Positions 36,282 to 45,440 of a stretch of DNA of 64,000 nt are shown here, piece by piece. Where the stretch lies: the IMG/VR virus record IMGVR_UViG_3300032285_003860; one strand, 5' to 3'. Source of the stretch: a virus. Each line of letters starts with the position of its first letter. Position 1 is the first letter of the stretch. The position numbers and the translations under genes are program-made. Under the pieces are notes generated by a model, which saw nothing but the letters and a program-made list of their open reading frames with translations, ran no database searches and was not told the origin of the DNA.

Positions 36282-36487
36282 TGGACATCTTTTCTTGGTC
36301 AGCATTTGTTATAAATGTTTGGGCGGTCTATTTAAATATCCATAAAAATAAATGGTGTTGGATGTTGGGTTTTGCTTGTTCATCAATGTGGACAATATAT
36401 GGCGTGATGACAAATCAACCTCCCCTATATCTAATGAATGGAATTTTCATTGTTATGAACCTCTATGGGGTTTTTAAATGGAAATAA
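36281..36487 (+). CDS. Small 3-TM membrane protein (PnuC/SemiSWEET-like half transporter)
   Basis: Three hydrophobic helices, KNKWCW, NLYG..KW ending. Confidence 0.5.
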   Translation: MDIFSWSAFVINVWAVYLNIHKNKWCWMLGFACSSMWTIYGVMTNQPPLYLMNGIFIVMNLYGVFKWK

Positions 36488-36529
36488 TCTATTCTTGACA
36501 CATCTCCAAATTTCATGTATCTTTAAAAC

Positions 36530-37075
36530 ATGGAATACAAAAAATTACAAGATTCGTTTAATAAGAATGGCTTCACCTTTGAGCAGGTATGGCGCGAAGG
36601 AGACTTTGCAATCTATAAGCAAACCAAGGAAAATGTAAATAAACAATGGTATGAAGCCATTAAAATCACTCGCCATAATGGATATAAGATTGGTGGCAAT
36701 GTAATTGAGCCTAGCGAAATCTATCCATCTAATGAAAAGTGGGGAATTCTTGGTTTTACCTGTGTTGATTTGGTATCTGCCCACAAAAAAATTGGCTATA
36801 TGAAAGACCATCTTGACGAAATAATTAACAAAACCAAAGAAGTGGATGAAGGTGGCAAAGTCGTTGTTCGTGGTCAAAATAAATTGACTTATCCCCAAGA
36901 TAAAGAATTCTCTATTAAGGATTTGGAATTTTTAAATAAAAATATTAAAAAACACAACATTTACCCTGCAATCCAAAAATTAATCGAAAAGGGCGAAATA
37001 AATGAATCCAAAAGGGAAAAGGTAGGCAAGGGCAAACCAACAGTATTCTATAAGTCGTCATCTTTGACGCTTTAA
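36530..37075 (+). CDS. Hypothetical protein with C-terminal winged-helix-like region
   Basis: EIYPSNEKWG..GFT motif; FSIKDL...IQKLIEKG.I......GKGKPTVFY. Confidence 0.6.
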   Translation: MEYKKLQDSFNKNGFTFEQVWREGDFAIYKQTKENVNKQWYEAIKITRHNGYKIGGNVIEPSEIYPSNEKWGILGFTCVDLVSAHKKIGYMKDHLDEIINKTKEVDEGGKVVVRGQNKLTYPQDKEFSIKDLEFLNKNIKKHNIYPAIQKLIEKGEINESKREKVGKGKPTVFYKSSSLTL

Positions 37076-37110
37076 GAGCCAAATAATAAGATAAAGCGTC
37101 ATTTATGACG
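37056..37110. promoter_or_regulatory. Tandem palindromic operator-like sites CGTCA-N4-TGACG
   Basis: 37056-37069 and 37097-37110, upstream of the uvsE promoter. Confidence 0.45.
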
Positions 37111-37200
37111 CATTAAACATGGACTATAAATTAAATAATAATGTAAAAAAATAATTAAAATACTTTTGACTTTTCCTAAAAAGTCTAGTATATTTTAAAC

Positions 37201-38112
37201 ATGAATTTATCCCTCTGCTGCATCTCCCTGCGTCTCCAAGAACAAGGTTATAAGTTTCAGACAATGACTTATACCCGATTTGCCTCCCTACCCCGCAAAG
37301 AAGCACTAGAAATTCTTTCCGCACGAATCCTCAATAATTTTGAGGTAACAGGAGAAATAATCCAATACTGTCATAATTCTGGCATCAAAGGCTATCGCCT
37401 TTCTTCTGGGCTAACTCCCGTTATCAATCATCCAAGTGTAAATATAAGTCTATCAGACTTACCTAATTCTGATAAGATTTTTAAGGAAATCACTAATGTC
37501 AAAAAAATTATCAAAGATACTGGAATCCGCATATCTGCTCATCCTAGTGAGTATATTTCTCTTACCAATACTAACAGCAATGTTATTAGCAACTCTATTC
37601 GTGACTTGGAGCAACACGGCGAGATTTTTGACCTCCTTGACCTGCCGCAATCGCATTGGTCGCCACTAAATATCCATTGCCGCCAAGATGGTGAACCAGA
37701 TAAAGTTTTTCAAGAGTTTGCAAAAAACTATGCTAAACTGTCTGATAGTGTTAAAAAGCGTCTTGTTATAGAAGTAAATGATAACAAAGATGGCACATGG
37801 CATATCCCTAACCTTATCGAATATTTTTACGATAAACTTGGTTTGCCAATTACCTTCGACTCTTTGCATCAAAAATTTTGCCACGGCTCCTTGACAGAAG
37901 AACAAGCATTTAAAAAAGCATACAGCACTTGGAGCGAGACCCCTTTGTTTCATTATAGCGAAGGCGTTGACGGCACACGCAAACACGCTGATTATGCTAT
38001 TGGAGTGCCAAATAATTATGGTATGGAAGTTTATTGGGACTGCGAACTAAAGCAGAAAGACCTTGCCATTGAAAAGATTTTAGCCAAAAATGCTTCGCAT
38101 CAATCCATTTAA
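37201..38112 (+). CDS. uvsE: UV-damage endonuclease
   Basis: YRLSS, RISAHPSEYISL, NIH, RLVIE, PITFDSLH, PLFHYSE, KHADY, ELKQKD. Confidence 0.93.
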   Translation: MNLSLCCISLRLQEQGYKFQTMTYTRFASLPRKEALEILSARILNNFEVTGEIIQYCHNSGIKGYRLSSGLTPVINHPSVNISLSDLPNSDKIFKEITNVKKIIKDTGIRISAHPSEYISLTNTNSNVISNSIRDLEQHGEIFDLLDLPQSHWSPLNIHCRQDGEPDKVFQEFAKNYAKLSDSVKKRLVIEVNDNKDGTWHIPNLIEYFYDKLGLPITFDSLHQKFCHGSLTEEQAFKKAYSTWSETPLFHYSEGVDGTRKHADYAIGVPNNYGMEVYWDCELKQKDLAIEKILAKNASHQSI

Positions 38113-38261
38113 GAAGAAGATGACTTTTGAAAATCTGCCTCTCAATAAAGAGTTGCCTAAACATTTTAAATTAAAATAAAATTGCTTAAATTTAGTCACC
38201 AAAAGATATTACACTTTTGCTTGACTTTTAGAAAGATGCTGATAATATAGATATAGAGTTT

Positions 38262-38338
38262 GCGCTTGTAACTCAGTTGGATAGAGTAACTGCCTTCTAA
38301 GCAGTTTGTCGTGGGTTCGACTCCCGCCAAGCGCACCA
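38262..38338 (+). tRNA. tRNA-Arg(TCT)
   Basis: GCGCTTG/CAAGCGC-ACCA; CTTCTAA loop; canonical GG and TTC. Confidence 0.95.
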
Positions 38339-38350
38339 CTTTAATAAATT

Positions 38351-38436
38351 GGCGATATGGTGAAATGGCAGACACAAGGGACTTAAAATCCCTCGACTTT
38401 AAAATCGTGCGGGTTCAAGTCCCGCTATCGCCACCA
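38351..38436 (+). tRNA. tRNA-Leu(TAA)
   Basis: GGCGATA/TATCGCC-ACCA; CTTAAAA loop; long variable arm. Confidence 0.95.
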
Positions 38437-38442
38437 ATTTAT

Positions 38443-38518
38443 TCTCCTATAACTCAATGGTTAGAGTAATCTCTTTATAAGGGAAAGGTTGCTGGTTCGA
38501 GTCCAGCTAGGAGAACCA
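38443..38518 (+). tRNA. tRNA with TAT anticodon (Ile, reads AUA)
   Basis: TCTCCTA/TAGGAGA-ACCA; ATCTC-TTTATAA-GGGAA; GCTGG-TTCGAGT-CCAGC. Confidence 0.85.
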
Positions 38519-38555
38519 ATTTGACAAACAATGAAAAACTGTTAGAATTAAATAT

Positions 38556-38897
38556 ATGAAACTTTATTGGTATCTTTATGGCAAATACAATCTAATGCTA
38601 GATTGGCTTGCTTGCAAATTTCAAAATCCTTATCAAATAAAAGTAGGGGGAAATTGCCCAGTTCAAGCCGAAGGCTATCTTCCAACAGGAGAATTCTATT
38701 ATTTTAGAGCTAGGGGTTCTCATTGGCGTTTGGAAATTTCTAAAAACGAACAAGAGTGGTCTAATGATAAAATTATATTTTATTATGGTGAAAAATACTG
38801 CTATGACCAATTTGGTGCAGGTTGGATGAGTCGCAGAGAAGCAATTAAATTTACGAATATGGCAATCAAATTTTATTACCAAAAGAGGGAACTATGA
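38556..38897 (+). CDS. Conserved hypothetical protein
   Basis: GGNCPVQAEG...FYYFRARG..W...AGWM motif. Confidence 0.7.
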   Translation: MKLYWYLYGKYNLMLDWLACKFQNPYQIKVGGNCPVQAEGYLPTGEFYYFRARGSHWRLEISKNEQEWSNDKIIFYYGEKYCYDQFGAGWMSRREAIKFTNMAIKFYYQKREL

Positions 38898-39325
38898 ATA
38901 GAGAAATTAAGTTTAGAGTTTGGTGCAATACCACCAAACATTTTACGGATATTCCATTTTATTCCTGTAGTGGTGGACAATTACTATGGCATCACACAGG
39001 CAATCAAATAACAATATCCAATATTGATGATGGCGATTATGTGATTCAACAATACACAGGACTCAAAGATAAAAATGGTAAAGAAATTTATGAGGGGGAT
39101 GTTTTAAAAGAACATCACTTTGAAGATTGGGGTGACAAAGAAGGTTTTGACTATTTTGGAGTTGTTCGTTATAAAACATATCCTAACGATAGCATGGGAC
39201 TCCAACTTGCAGGGTATGTTACTTATCCAAATGCAGAAGAAAATAAAAACTATGGCGGTAATAGAATCTCGCTAGATTGCGAAGTGGTTGGTAATATATT
39301 TGAAAACCGCGAATTGTTGTCTTGA
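38894..39325 (+). CDS. YopX-family protein
   Basis: MNREIKFRVW, QYTGLKDKNGKEIYEGD, EVVGNIFEN.ELL. Confidence 0.92.
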   Translation: MNREIKFRVWCNTTKHFTDIPFYSCSGGQLLWHHTGNQITISNIDDGDYVIQQYTGLKDKNGKEIYEGDVLKEHHFEDWGDKEGFDYFGVVRYKTYPNDSMGLQLAGYVTYPNAEENKNYGGNRISLDCEVVGNIFENRELLS

Positions 39326-39340
39326 CTTTACCGCCAAAAT

Positions 39341-39607
39341 ATGAAAATACTATTATTATTCCTTTTCGTCACTTGTCAAGGTTGTGCCAAAGATGCCCAA
39401 TTAGTTTGGACTAATGAACCCTACCTCAAATCAACAAACATTGTTGTGGAAATTTGGTCATCCCCAGATTTAAATAATTGGTCATTAAAAGATACAGTTT
39501 CTGTATCACAAACCAATTATACAATCAGTCTCAATTCGCCCCAAGAATTTTTTAAAATCAGAAATAAAGACACAAATAATAACATTACAAGCCGCTGGTC
39601 TAATTAA
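39341..39607 (+). CDS. Secreted/lipoprotein
   Basis: Signal peptide with QGC; SPDLNNW....QEFFKIR. Confidence 0.55.
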   Translation: MKILLLFLFVTCQGCAKDAQLVWTNEPYLKSTNIVVEIWSSPDLNNWSLKDTVSVSQTNYTISLNSPQEFFKIRNKDTNNNITSRWSN

Positions 39608-39608
39608 T

Positions 39609-39836
39609 ATGCAAAATGTATCATTTACCGAATTGTTGCCCTGTCCATATTGTGAAGGCAAAGGGAAAGTTATCACTCACATGAGCAAAGTTCAAGGAAT
39701 TAAACTCTATACAGGAGTCTGTAAAAAAGAATGTGACCCAAGAGCAAGGACTTTTGCTGTCAAACATAAGGAATGTTGCGTTGAATTATGGAACGCCGCA
39801 AATATAAATGTTAAAAGAAAAACAAAAGGCGATTAA
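39609..39836 (+). CDS. Lar-like (restriction alleviation) zinc-finger protein
   Basis: ELLPCPYC...C..C......WN pattern. Confidence 0.55.
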   Translation: MQNVSFTELLPCPYCEGKGKVITHMSKVQGIKLYTGVCKKECDPRARTFAVKHKECCVELWNAANINVKRKTKGD

Positions 39837-39874
39837 CCCTTGACAAAAAAATAAACATATCTTATCTTTAACCT

Positions 39875-40639
39875 ATGCCTAATCATACTTCAATCAATCT
39901 AAAAATAAGTGGCGAAATAGCCGATGTCAAAAAGTTCGTCGAAACTGTGAATCATGGAAAAGTGGACGAGAATAAAGAAGGTAAATTTGATTTCTCTACC
40001 ATTGTTCCCATCCCCAAAGACCTTGTTGGAACACAAGCCCCAGCTTCTATTTTGACCCAAGAAGAACTTGATAAGGAATGGGACAAATACAATAAATCTT
40101 CCAAAAAAGACAAAGAGGAACGAGACAAGATTTGGGGAAAGCCTACCAAATATAGCTTTGGCATGACCAAAGAGCAGAGTGATAAATTAACCAAAAAATA
40201 TGGATTTAATGATTGGTATAGTTGGCAAGTCCATAATTGGGGAACAAAGTGGAACGCCTATGAGATTGGAGCTTGGAGTGTTGGCTTTGAAGGGGCAGAG
40301 ATTAATTTCTGCACAGCTTGGAGTCCTCCCATTGCTTTTCTTGTAAATGCAAGTAAAAAGTTTCCAGATTTGACTTTTGAAATAAAGTATAGCGATGAAG
40401 GCGGAGCATTTGTTGGCAAAACAATTCTTACAGAAGGAGAAACTCAAGAGGAGCTTGAACCTGATTGGTATAGTCTTGAGGGGATGGCTTTGAGAGAAGA
40501 TTTAGGTTCTTATAGCGAAGGTTGTGACTATGAGATTGAAGGTCGCCTAGAATATCTGAAGCAAAATCCGCAAGATGCCAGAGAAAACGAAGTGAAAAAT
40601 TTAAAGAAAGAATTAAAAAACTTTAAAAATAATAAATAA
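39875..40639 (+). CDS. DUF1281/YubB ferredoxin-like family protein
   Basis: MPNH, FDFSTIVPIP, DWYSWQVHNWGTKWNA, F.TAWSPP, Y.DEG. Confidence 0.85.
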   Translation: MPNHTSINLKISGEIADVKKFVETVNHGKVDENKEGKFDFSTIVPIPKDLVGTQAPASILTQEELDKEWDKYNKSSKKDKEERDKIWGKPTKYSFGMTKEQSDKLTKKYGFNDWYSWQVHNWGTKWNAYEIGAWSVGFEGAEINFCTAWSPPIAFLVNASKKFPDLTFEIKYSDEGGAFVGKTILTEGETQEELEPDWYSLEGMALREDLGSYSEGCDYEIEGRLEYLKQNPQDARENEVKNLKKELKNFKNNK

Positions 40640-40643
40640 AATT

Positions 40644-41027
40644 ATGAAAATAGAACTTGATGCAGCACAAAAAGAGAATAAGTCTGCCCATATTGCAGTA
40701 GATTTTGATGGCACTCTTGCTCATTATGAAGGCTGGAGCAAACAGGGAAACGGAGTGGGTAAGCCAATCAAAAAAATGGTTGACAATATCAAATCTTGGT
40801 TGCAAAAAGGTTATCATGTTTCTATTTTTACGGCTCGACTGGCTCATTCCCCAACAGAGGCAGACCACAATGTTCACCTCATTAGAGGTTTTCTTGAAGA
40901 AAATGGACTACCAAAGGATATGCAAATAACCTGCATGAAGATGCCTTATTTCACACATTTTATTGATGACAAAGCATATCATGTAAAGATGAACTCTGGA
41001 ATCATTGAAAGTAATCCTGACCTCTAA
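40644..41027 (+). CDS. HAD-superfamily phosphatase-like protein
   Basis: IAVDFDGTL, IFTAR, FIDDKA. Confidence 0.85.
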   Translation: MKIELDAAQKENKSAHIAVDFDGTLAHYEGWSKQGNGVGKPIKKMVDNIKSWLQKGYHVSIFTARLAHSPTEADHNVHLIRGFLEENGLPKDMQITCMKMPYFTHFIDDKAYHVKMNSGIIESNPDL

Positions 41028-41048
41028 TTAAAATTAAATAAATTAAAT

Positions 41049-41237
41049 ATGAATAGCAAAAATGCAAAACTAATCCGTAAAAAAGTTGCCGATTCTCACG
41101 GCATTGAACAAAATATCGAAATTGATGGCAAGTTGCAACGCAATCCTCAATTTAAAAAAATTGTTAATATGGTAAAGAAAGAACTCCTTTCTACCCCATC
41201 AAACCAACGCCAAGAATTTAAAAAGTCAGGAATTTAA
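41049..41237 (+). CDS. Small basic hypothetical protein
   Basis: MNSKNAKLIRK. Confidence 0.55.
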   Translation: MNSKNAKLIRKKVADSHGIEQNIEIDGKLQRNPQFKKIVNMVKKELLSTPSNQRQEFKKSGI

Positions 41238-41275
41238 TCCTTGACATTTTTAGAAATAAATAATAATATACAAAT

Positions 41276-41548
41276 ATGAAATATCATAATGTTCGTAATT
41301 CAAAAGGTCAGTTCACACGCAAGCTCAAGGTTGCTCGCGCAAAGGATGGTAAGTTCTCTAGCCCATACAATATCGTTGCAGGACGATTGTATGATTATAA
41401 GGGAGCGGTTGTTCGCGCTGGTCAGAAAGGCAACGGCAGTTATCGTCGCGTTTCATTTCACAAGACTTTAACAGGTATTGTTAAGGATTGTGAACTAAAA
41501 AAAGTAAATAAATCTGCTGTTGAAGCATATTTGTCTAACGCCCAGTAG
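41276..41548 (+). CDS. Basic protein with two RxxxGxF motifs
   Basis: RNSKGQF, RAKDGKF; leaderless-type promoter. Confidence 0.65.
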   Translation: MKYHNVRNSKGQFTRKLKVARAKDGKFSSPYNIVAGRLYDYKGAVVRAGQKGNGSYRRVSFHKTLTGIVKDCELKKVNKSAVEAYLSNAQ

Positions 41549-41561
41549 TGTAATATATGAT

Positions 41562-41640
41562 AAGAGCAGTATTTGGCAACAAGCTAGTGGGGCTTTCCCA
41601 CATTGATAGTTTAATCGCCATTACTGCTCTTTTCTTTTTT
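41562..41640 (+). ncRNA. Long irregular hairpin: terminator and/or small RNA
   Basis: AAGAGCAGTA/TACTGCTCTT, TGGC/GCCA, AAGCTA/TAGTTT, GTGGG/CCCAC, then T-tract; starts 14 nt after GTGTAA. Confidence 0.45.
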
Positions 41641-41641
41641 T

Positions 41642-42064
41642 ATGTCACAAATAATTCGACCAACTTGGGAACAATACGCCCTTGCTCTTGCTAAAACTGC
41701 TTCCACACGCTCACAAGACCCATTTGTTAAGGTTGGTGCGTGTGCAATCAGGTTTGATAAATCTGTTGCTGCCCTTGGCTACAATGGTTCTCCAAAGGGA
41801 GTAGAAATTGATTGGTCAGATAGGGATGAGCGCAGAAAGCGAGTCATTCATGCCGAAATAAACTGCCTTGCTCATTGTAAGCCTAATGAGGTCGAGTTTA
41901 TTGCCACAACTCTTTTGCCTTGTCGTTCTTGTATGCAGACTATTGCAGCGTATTCTATTAAAAAAGTTATTTTTAATGAAATATATAAACAAGATGATTT
42001 TGCAATCGAACTTGCAAAAGAATTTGGCATTGAATTAGTTCAAATAAACATTGACTCAAAGTAA
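41642..42064 (+). CDS. dCMP deaminase
   Basis: RPTW..Y, RS.DP..KVGA, GYNG, HAEIN, PCRSC. Confidence 0.93.
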   Translation: MSQIIRPTWEQYALALAKTASTRSQDPFVKVGACAIRFDKSVAALGYNGSPKGVEIDWSDRDERRKRVIHAEINCLAHCKPNEVEFIATTLLPCRSCMQTIAAYSIKKVIFNEIYKQDDFAIELAKEFGIELVQINIDSK

Positions 42065-42098
42065 AAGTTGAGTTATAGTAGGTAAGTAATAATATCTT

Positions 42099-42254
42099 AT
42101 GGCAACACCAAAGAAAACCACAGCAAAGGCAGCTTCTACAAAGAAGGCTTCGCCAAAGAAGGTCAAGGCGACCACTTCCAAGAAGGAAGTAGGAGAAACC
42201 GCTGAAAACCCGACCAAGACAAGCTCACAGAGTTTGCCTTCTTGCAGTCGTTAA
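42099..42254 (+). CDS. Small Lys/Ala-rich histone H1-like protein (51 aa)
   Basis: MATPKKTTAKAASTKKASPKKVKATTSKK...; own TTGACT promoter and terminator. Confidence 0.6.
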   Translation: MATPKKTTAKAASTKKASPKKVKATTSKKEVGETAENPTKTSSQSLPSCSR

Positions 42255-42260
42255 ATCAAA

Positions 42261-42293
42261 CTCGCTGCCGAATTATCGGCGGCGAGCCTTTTT
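42261..42293 (+). terminator. Intrinsic terminator
   Basis: CTCGCTGCCGA/TCGGCGGCGAG plus T-tract. Confidence 0.8.
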
Positions 42294-42749
42294 ATGAAAA
42301 ATGGAACCTATAATCGTAAAATAAGTTGGGAAAATCTTAAAGTTAAAAGATTTCCAATTCATATATTTGATGTAATTGAAAATTCATTAATGGGATGCGG
42401 AGCAAATGCTCTGGCAACGATTTTAGGAGAATTCCCCGAAACTTTAAAGACAAAAAATAATCATTATCCTGATTCTTTTATGCTAAAGCATTTAAGAAAA
42501 AATGGAATAAAGTGTTATGAAATAACTAAAAGTAATTTAACAAATAACAAAAAAGCAACAGCAAGTTTAGATGATAGGAATGTAATTTTATCCAGTCATT
42601 TAATGGCAAAGGGAGATGCGTCATGGCTAGTTAGTTTTGGCGGTAACATAATACATAATCACGAAATAACAAAATGTAATTATTGGCAGTTATTAAACTT
42701 TCCAATCATTTCTGCTTATTGCTTGGTTCATCCTAGTTGGAAAAAATAA
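42294..42749 (+). CDS. Hypothetical protein
   Basis: 151-aa ORF; GCGANALA resembles a papain-like Cys helix (weak). Confidence 0.55.
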   Translation: MKNGTYNRKISWENLKVKRFPIHIFDVIENSLMGCGANALATILGEFPETLKTKNNHYPDSFMLKHLRKNGIKCYEITKSNLTNNKKATASLDDRNVILSSHLMAKGDASWLVSFGGNIIHNHEITKCNYWQLLNFPIISAYCLVHPSWKK

Positions 42750-42765
42750 TTTAATAAATAAAAAT

Positions 42766-43317
42766 ATGCAAATCTTAATTAAAAAAAATCCTAATTTAGT
42801 TGTTCCTTTTCGAGCAACCCCTGATGATGCGGCGTATGATGTTATTGCAACAAGTGACCCTATCATTGTTGGTCAAAAATTTGAGAGATACCTTGATGGC
42901 ATTTTGAACGCATGGTCAAAGATTGATTATATTGCTTATAAAACTAATCTTTTCATTTCTCCCCAAAGTTTAACCAAGTCGAAGCAAATAACGAAATTTC
43001 ATACTCTCTTGTTTCCTCGCTCAAGTATTTCAAAAAAGAACTTGATTTTGGCAAATAGTATTGGTTTGGTTGACAATGGTTATCGTGGCGAAATTGAGTT
43101 TCGATTCAAGTATGTTGTGCAGCCAGAAGATATGCTTATTGTGCCAGAGCAGGGAAGAACAAAGGTTTATTGCCAACTTTCCCCACATAATGTCTATGCA
43201 AAAGGAGATAAAATTGGTCAAATAATGGCTCAACCCAATATAGACATTGACTTTCATTTGGTTGAACAATTAGATACAACCGCAAGAGGAGAGCATGGTT
43301 TTGGTAGCACCAATTAA
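42766..43317 (+). CDS. dut: Trimeric dUTPase
   Basis: AAYDV, PRSSISK, NSIGLVDNGYRGEI, GDKIGQ, RGEHGFGST. Confidence 0.94.
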   Translation: MQILIKKNPNLVVPFRATPDDAAYDVIATSDPIIVGQKFERYLDGILNAWSKIDYIAYKTNLFISPQSLTKSKQITKFHTLLFPRSSISKKNLILANSIGLVDNGYRGEIEFRFKYVVQPEDMLIVPEQGRTKVYCQLSPHNVYAKGDKIGQIMAQPNIDIDFHLVEQLDTTARGEHGFGSTN

Positions 43318-43338
43318 ATAATTTGTGTATATTCACTT

Positions 43339-43533
43339 ATGAAAGCTGACAAAATACATAATCAAATAGATAAATTAATTGAAAAGATTCAGGGCGTTGA
43401 TTTTAAGTTTCAAGATGAAAGTATGCAGAGTGATTTTGATGAAATAAAGAATGATGCAGCCTCACTTTTGGAGGAATTGAATGATATGATTAGCGCAGAA
43501 GTAGAAAATAGCAACGAAGAAGGTGATGAATAA
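43339..43533 (+). CDS. Small acidic hypothetical protein
   Basis: GTGTAT motif 14 nt upstream. Confidence 0.55.
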   Translation: MKADKIHNQIDKLIEKIQGVDFKFQDESMQSDFDEIKNDAASLLEELNDMISAEVENSNEEGDE

Positions 43534-43686
43534 TTCAGAACTACTAAAGAAAACATTAATTATATTAAAAAATAAAAAGGCGGGTAAAAAAATAACCAAA
43601 GACTTTACTCGCTTTCTTATTGAATATGAGGATTTACGCAAATCTTATCACTTGACATTTCCCGAAAAGTCCCCTAATATAGAGGC

Positions 43687-44820
43687 ATGATTAAAACCTA
43701 TCCCACGCTTTATTCCAAAGACACTACTGGTAAAATCCGCATCTGGCTCCAAGAACAAAAAGGTGCAAATTATCGCACAGTTGCAGGTGTAAAAGATAGC
43801 GAAAATCTCGTTTATTCAGATTGGTCTGTTGCTGAACCCAAAAATACAGGCAAGAAAAATGCCACCACCGCCGAAGAACAGGCAGTTGCAGAAATTGAAG
43901 CTAAATACAAAAAGCAACGCAAGACTGGTTACTTTGATTCTATTCAAGATGTAGATACAGTCCAATATGTTGAACCTATGTTGGCAAAAAATTACAATGA
44001 CTATTCTAGTAAGATTGATTTTTCAAAAGAACTCTGGGGAATTCAATGCAAGTTTAATGGCAATCGTTGTATTGCAACCAAAGACGGCTTGTTCACTCGC
44101 AAAGGTGAAAAGTATGTGAATGTTAAACACATTGAAGAATCCCTTAAATCTTTTTTTGAAAAACAGCCCCATGCAGTTTTGGATGGCGAACTTGCCAATT
44201 ACGAACTCCGCCAAGAGCTTAATGAATTAAATAAACTCATTCGCAGAACTGTGAACATCACTCCAGAAGATGTTGAAAAGAGTAGGGAAATGGTTAAATA
44301 CTATATTTATGATGGATATAATTTTGATAGCTGTGGACAAACAATTCCTTATAAGACTCGCAAACATTGGATTGATAACAATGTAATTAATAAATATAAA
44401 TATATTGAAGAAGTTAAAACTTATCCAGTTAAGAGCAAGGCAGATTTAGATAAACAGTATAATATCTTTGTCCAAGATGGCGAAGAAGGCGGTATGCTCC
44501 GAAAATTGGACGAAGGTTATGAAAATAAGCGCAGCAAATATCTTTTGAAAATCAAGCCAGAAGATGATGCAGAAGCAATTTTGACTAACATTCAAGATGG
44601 AGATGGCAACTGGAAAGGTGCTGCCACAATCGCAACTTTACTATGGAAAGGTCAAAAGTTTGATGCTATGTTCAAAGGCACTTATGAGAAACGAGCAGTT
44701 ATTTTAAAAAATAAAAAAGACTGGATTGACAAGGAAGTAACCTTTCTCTACAATGGGTTGACTGGCTTGGGAACGCCAAACTTTGCCAGAATTGATATTA
44801 GCAACTGTTTCAAGAAATAA
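43687..44820 (+). CDS. ATP-dependent DNA ligase
   Basis: PMLA, KFNGNRC (motif I), LDGEL, YYIYD, GEEGGMLR, KRSKYLLKIK. Confidence 0.92.
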   Translation: MIKTYPTLYSKDTTGKIRIWLQEQKGANYRTVAGVKDSENLVYSDWSVAEPKNTGKKNATTAEEQAVAEIEAKYKKQRKTGYFDSIQDVDTVQYVEPMLAKNYNDYSSKIDFSKELWGIQCKFNGNRCIATKDGLFTRKGEKYVNVKHIEESLKSFFEKQPHAVLDGELANYELRQELNELNKLIRRTVNITPEDVEKSREMVKYYIYDGYNFDSCGQTIPYKTRKHWIDNNVINKYKYIEEVKTYPVKSKADLDKQYNIFVQDGEEGGMLRKLDEGYENKRSKYLLKIKPEDDAEAILTNIQDGDGNWKGAATIATLLWKGQKFDAMFKGTYEKRAVILKNKKDWIDKEVTFLYNGLTGLGTPNFARIDISNCFKK

Positions 44821-44823
44821 ATT

Positions 44824-45009
44824 ATGAAAATTTATCTAAAGAAAAACATTAAGGTTGAAGGTAAAGAATTTTACAAAGATTCTTCTGGTTATACTCGCGC
44901 CGTTACTTGGGGCGACAAAACAAATGGTAGCTTTGTTTATCTTGTTGACTTTGAAAATTCGCCAATGACCCCTGTTAATTTAAATGATTTGTCTTTTTCA
45001 GCAAGTTAA
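44824..45009 (+). CDS. Hypothetical protein
   Basis: ORF directly after ligase. Confidence 0.5.
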   Translation: MKIYLKKNIKVEGKEFYKDSSGYTRAVTWGDKTNGSFVYLVDFENSPMTPVNLNDLSFSAS

Positions 45010-45440
45010 TTATGAAAATTAGCCTTAAAGATTTAAATCTAAATGAGGAACACCTCGAAAAGAGGGAAGATACATGGAAATGCCCCCATTGTGGTAGCGA
45101 TGAAGGCACTTGGTTTTCTCGCACATTACCAATGTCCAATGTTTGCTATGCCTGTAATGAAGATGTAGATTAATATGAAAACCCAATTAACAGAAAATCT
45201 TGACCAGTATTTACAATCTTATTTAAATATCTATTTAGATGATTCCCGAAAGTGGACAATAGAAGAAATTGTTCAAGAAGTCCACCAATGGGGTATTAAA
45301 AGAGGCAAAATTATAAAAGAAGATGAAATTAAAGATATTTTAAATATAAAATAAAAAATTCAAAAAAACATTTGACAAAAAAATAAACCCCTGATAGGAT
45401 ATGATTGTTCGTTAAACCAAACTAAAAAATAAAAATTATT

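Noticed and set aside
43687-44820. Ligase motif I reads KFNG instead of KxDG
   Set aside because: The catalytic Lys is retained and KxNG is an accepted variant; not evidence of inactivation
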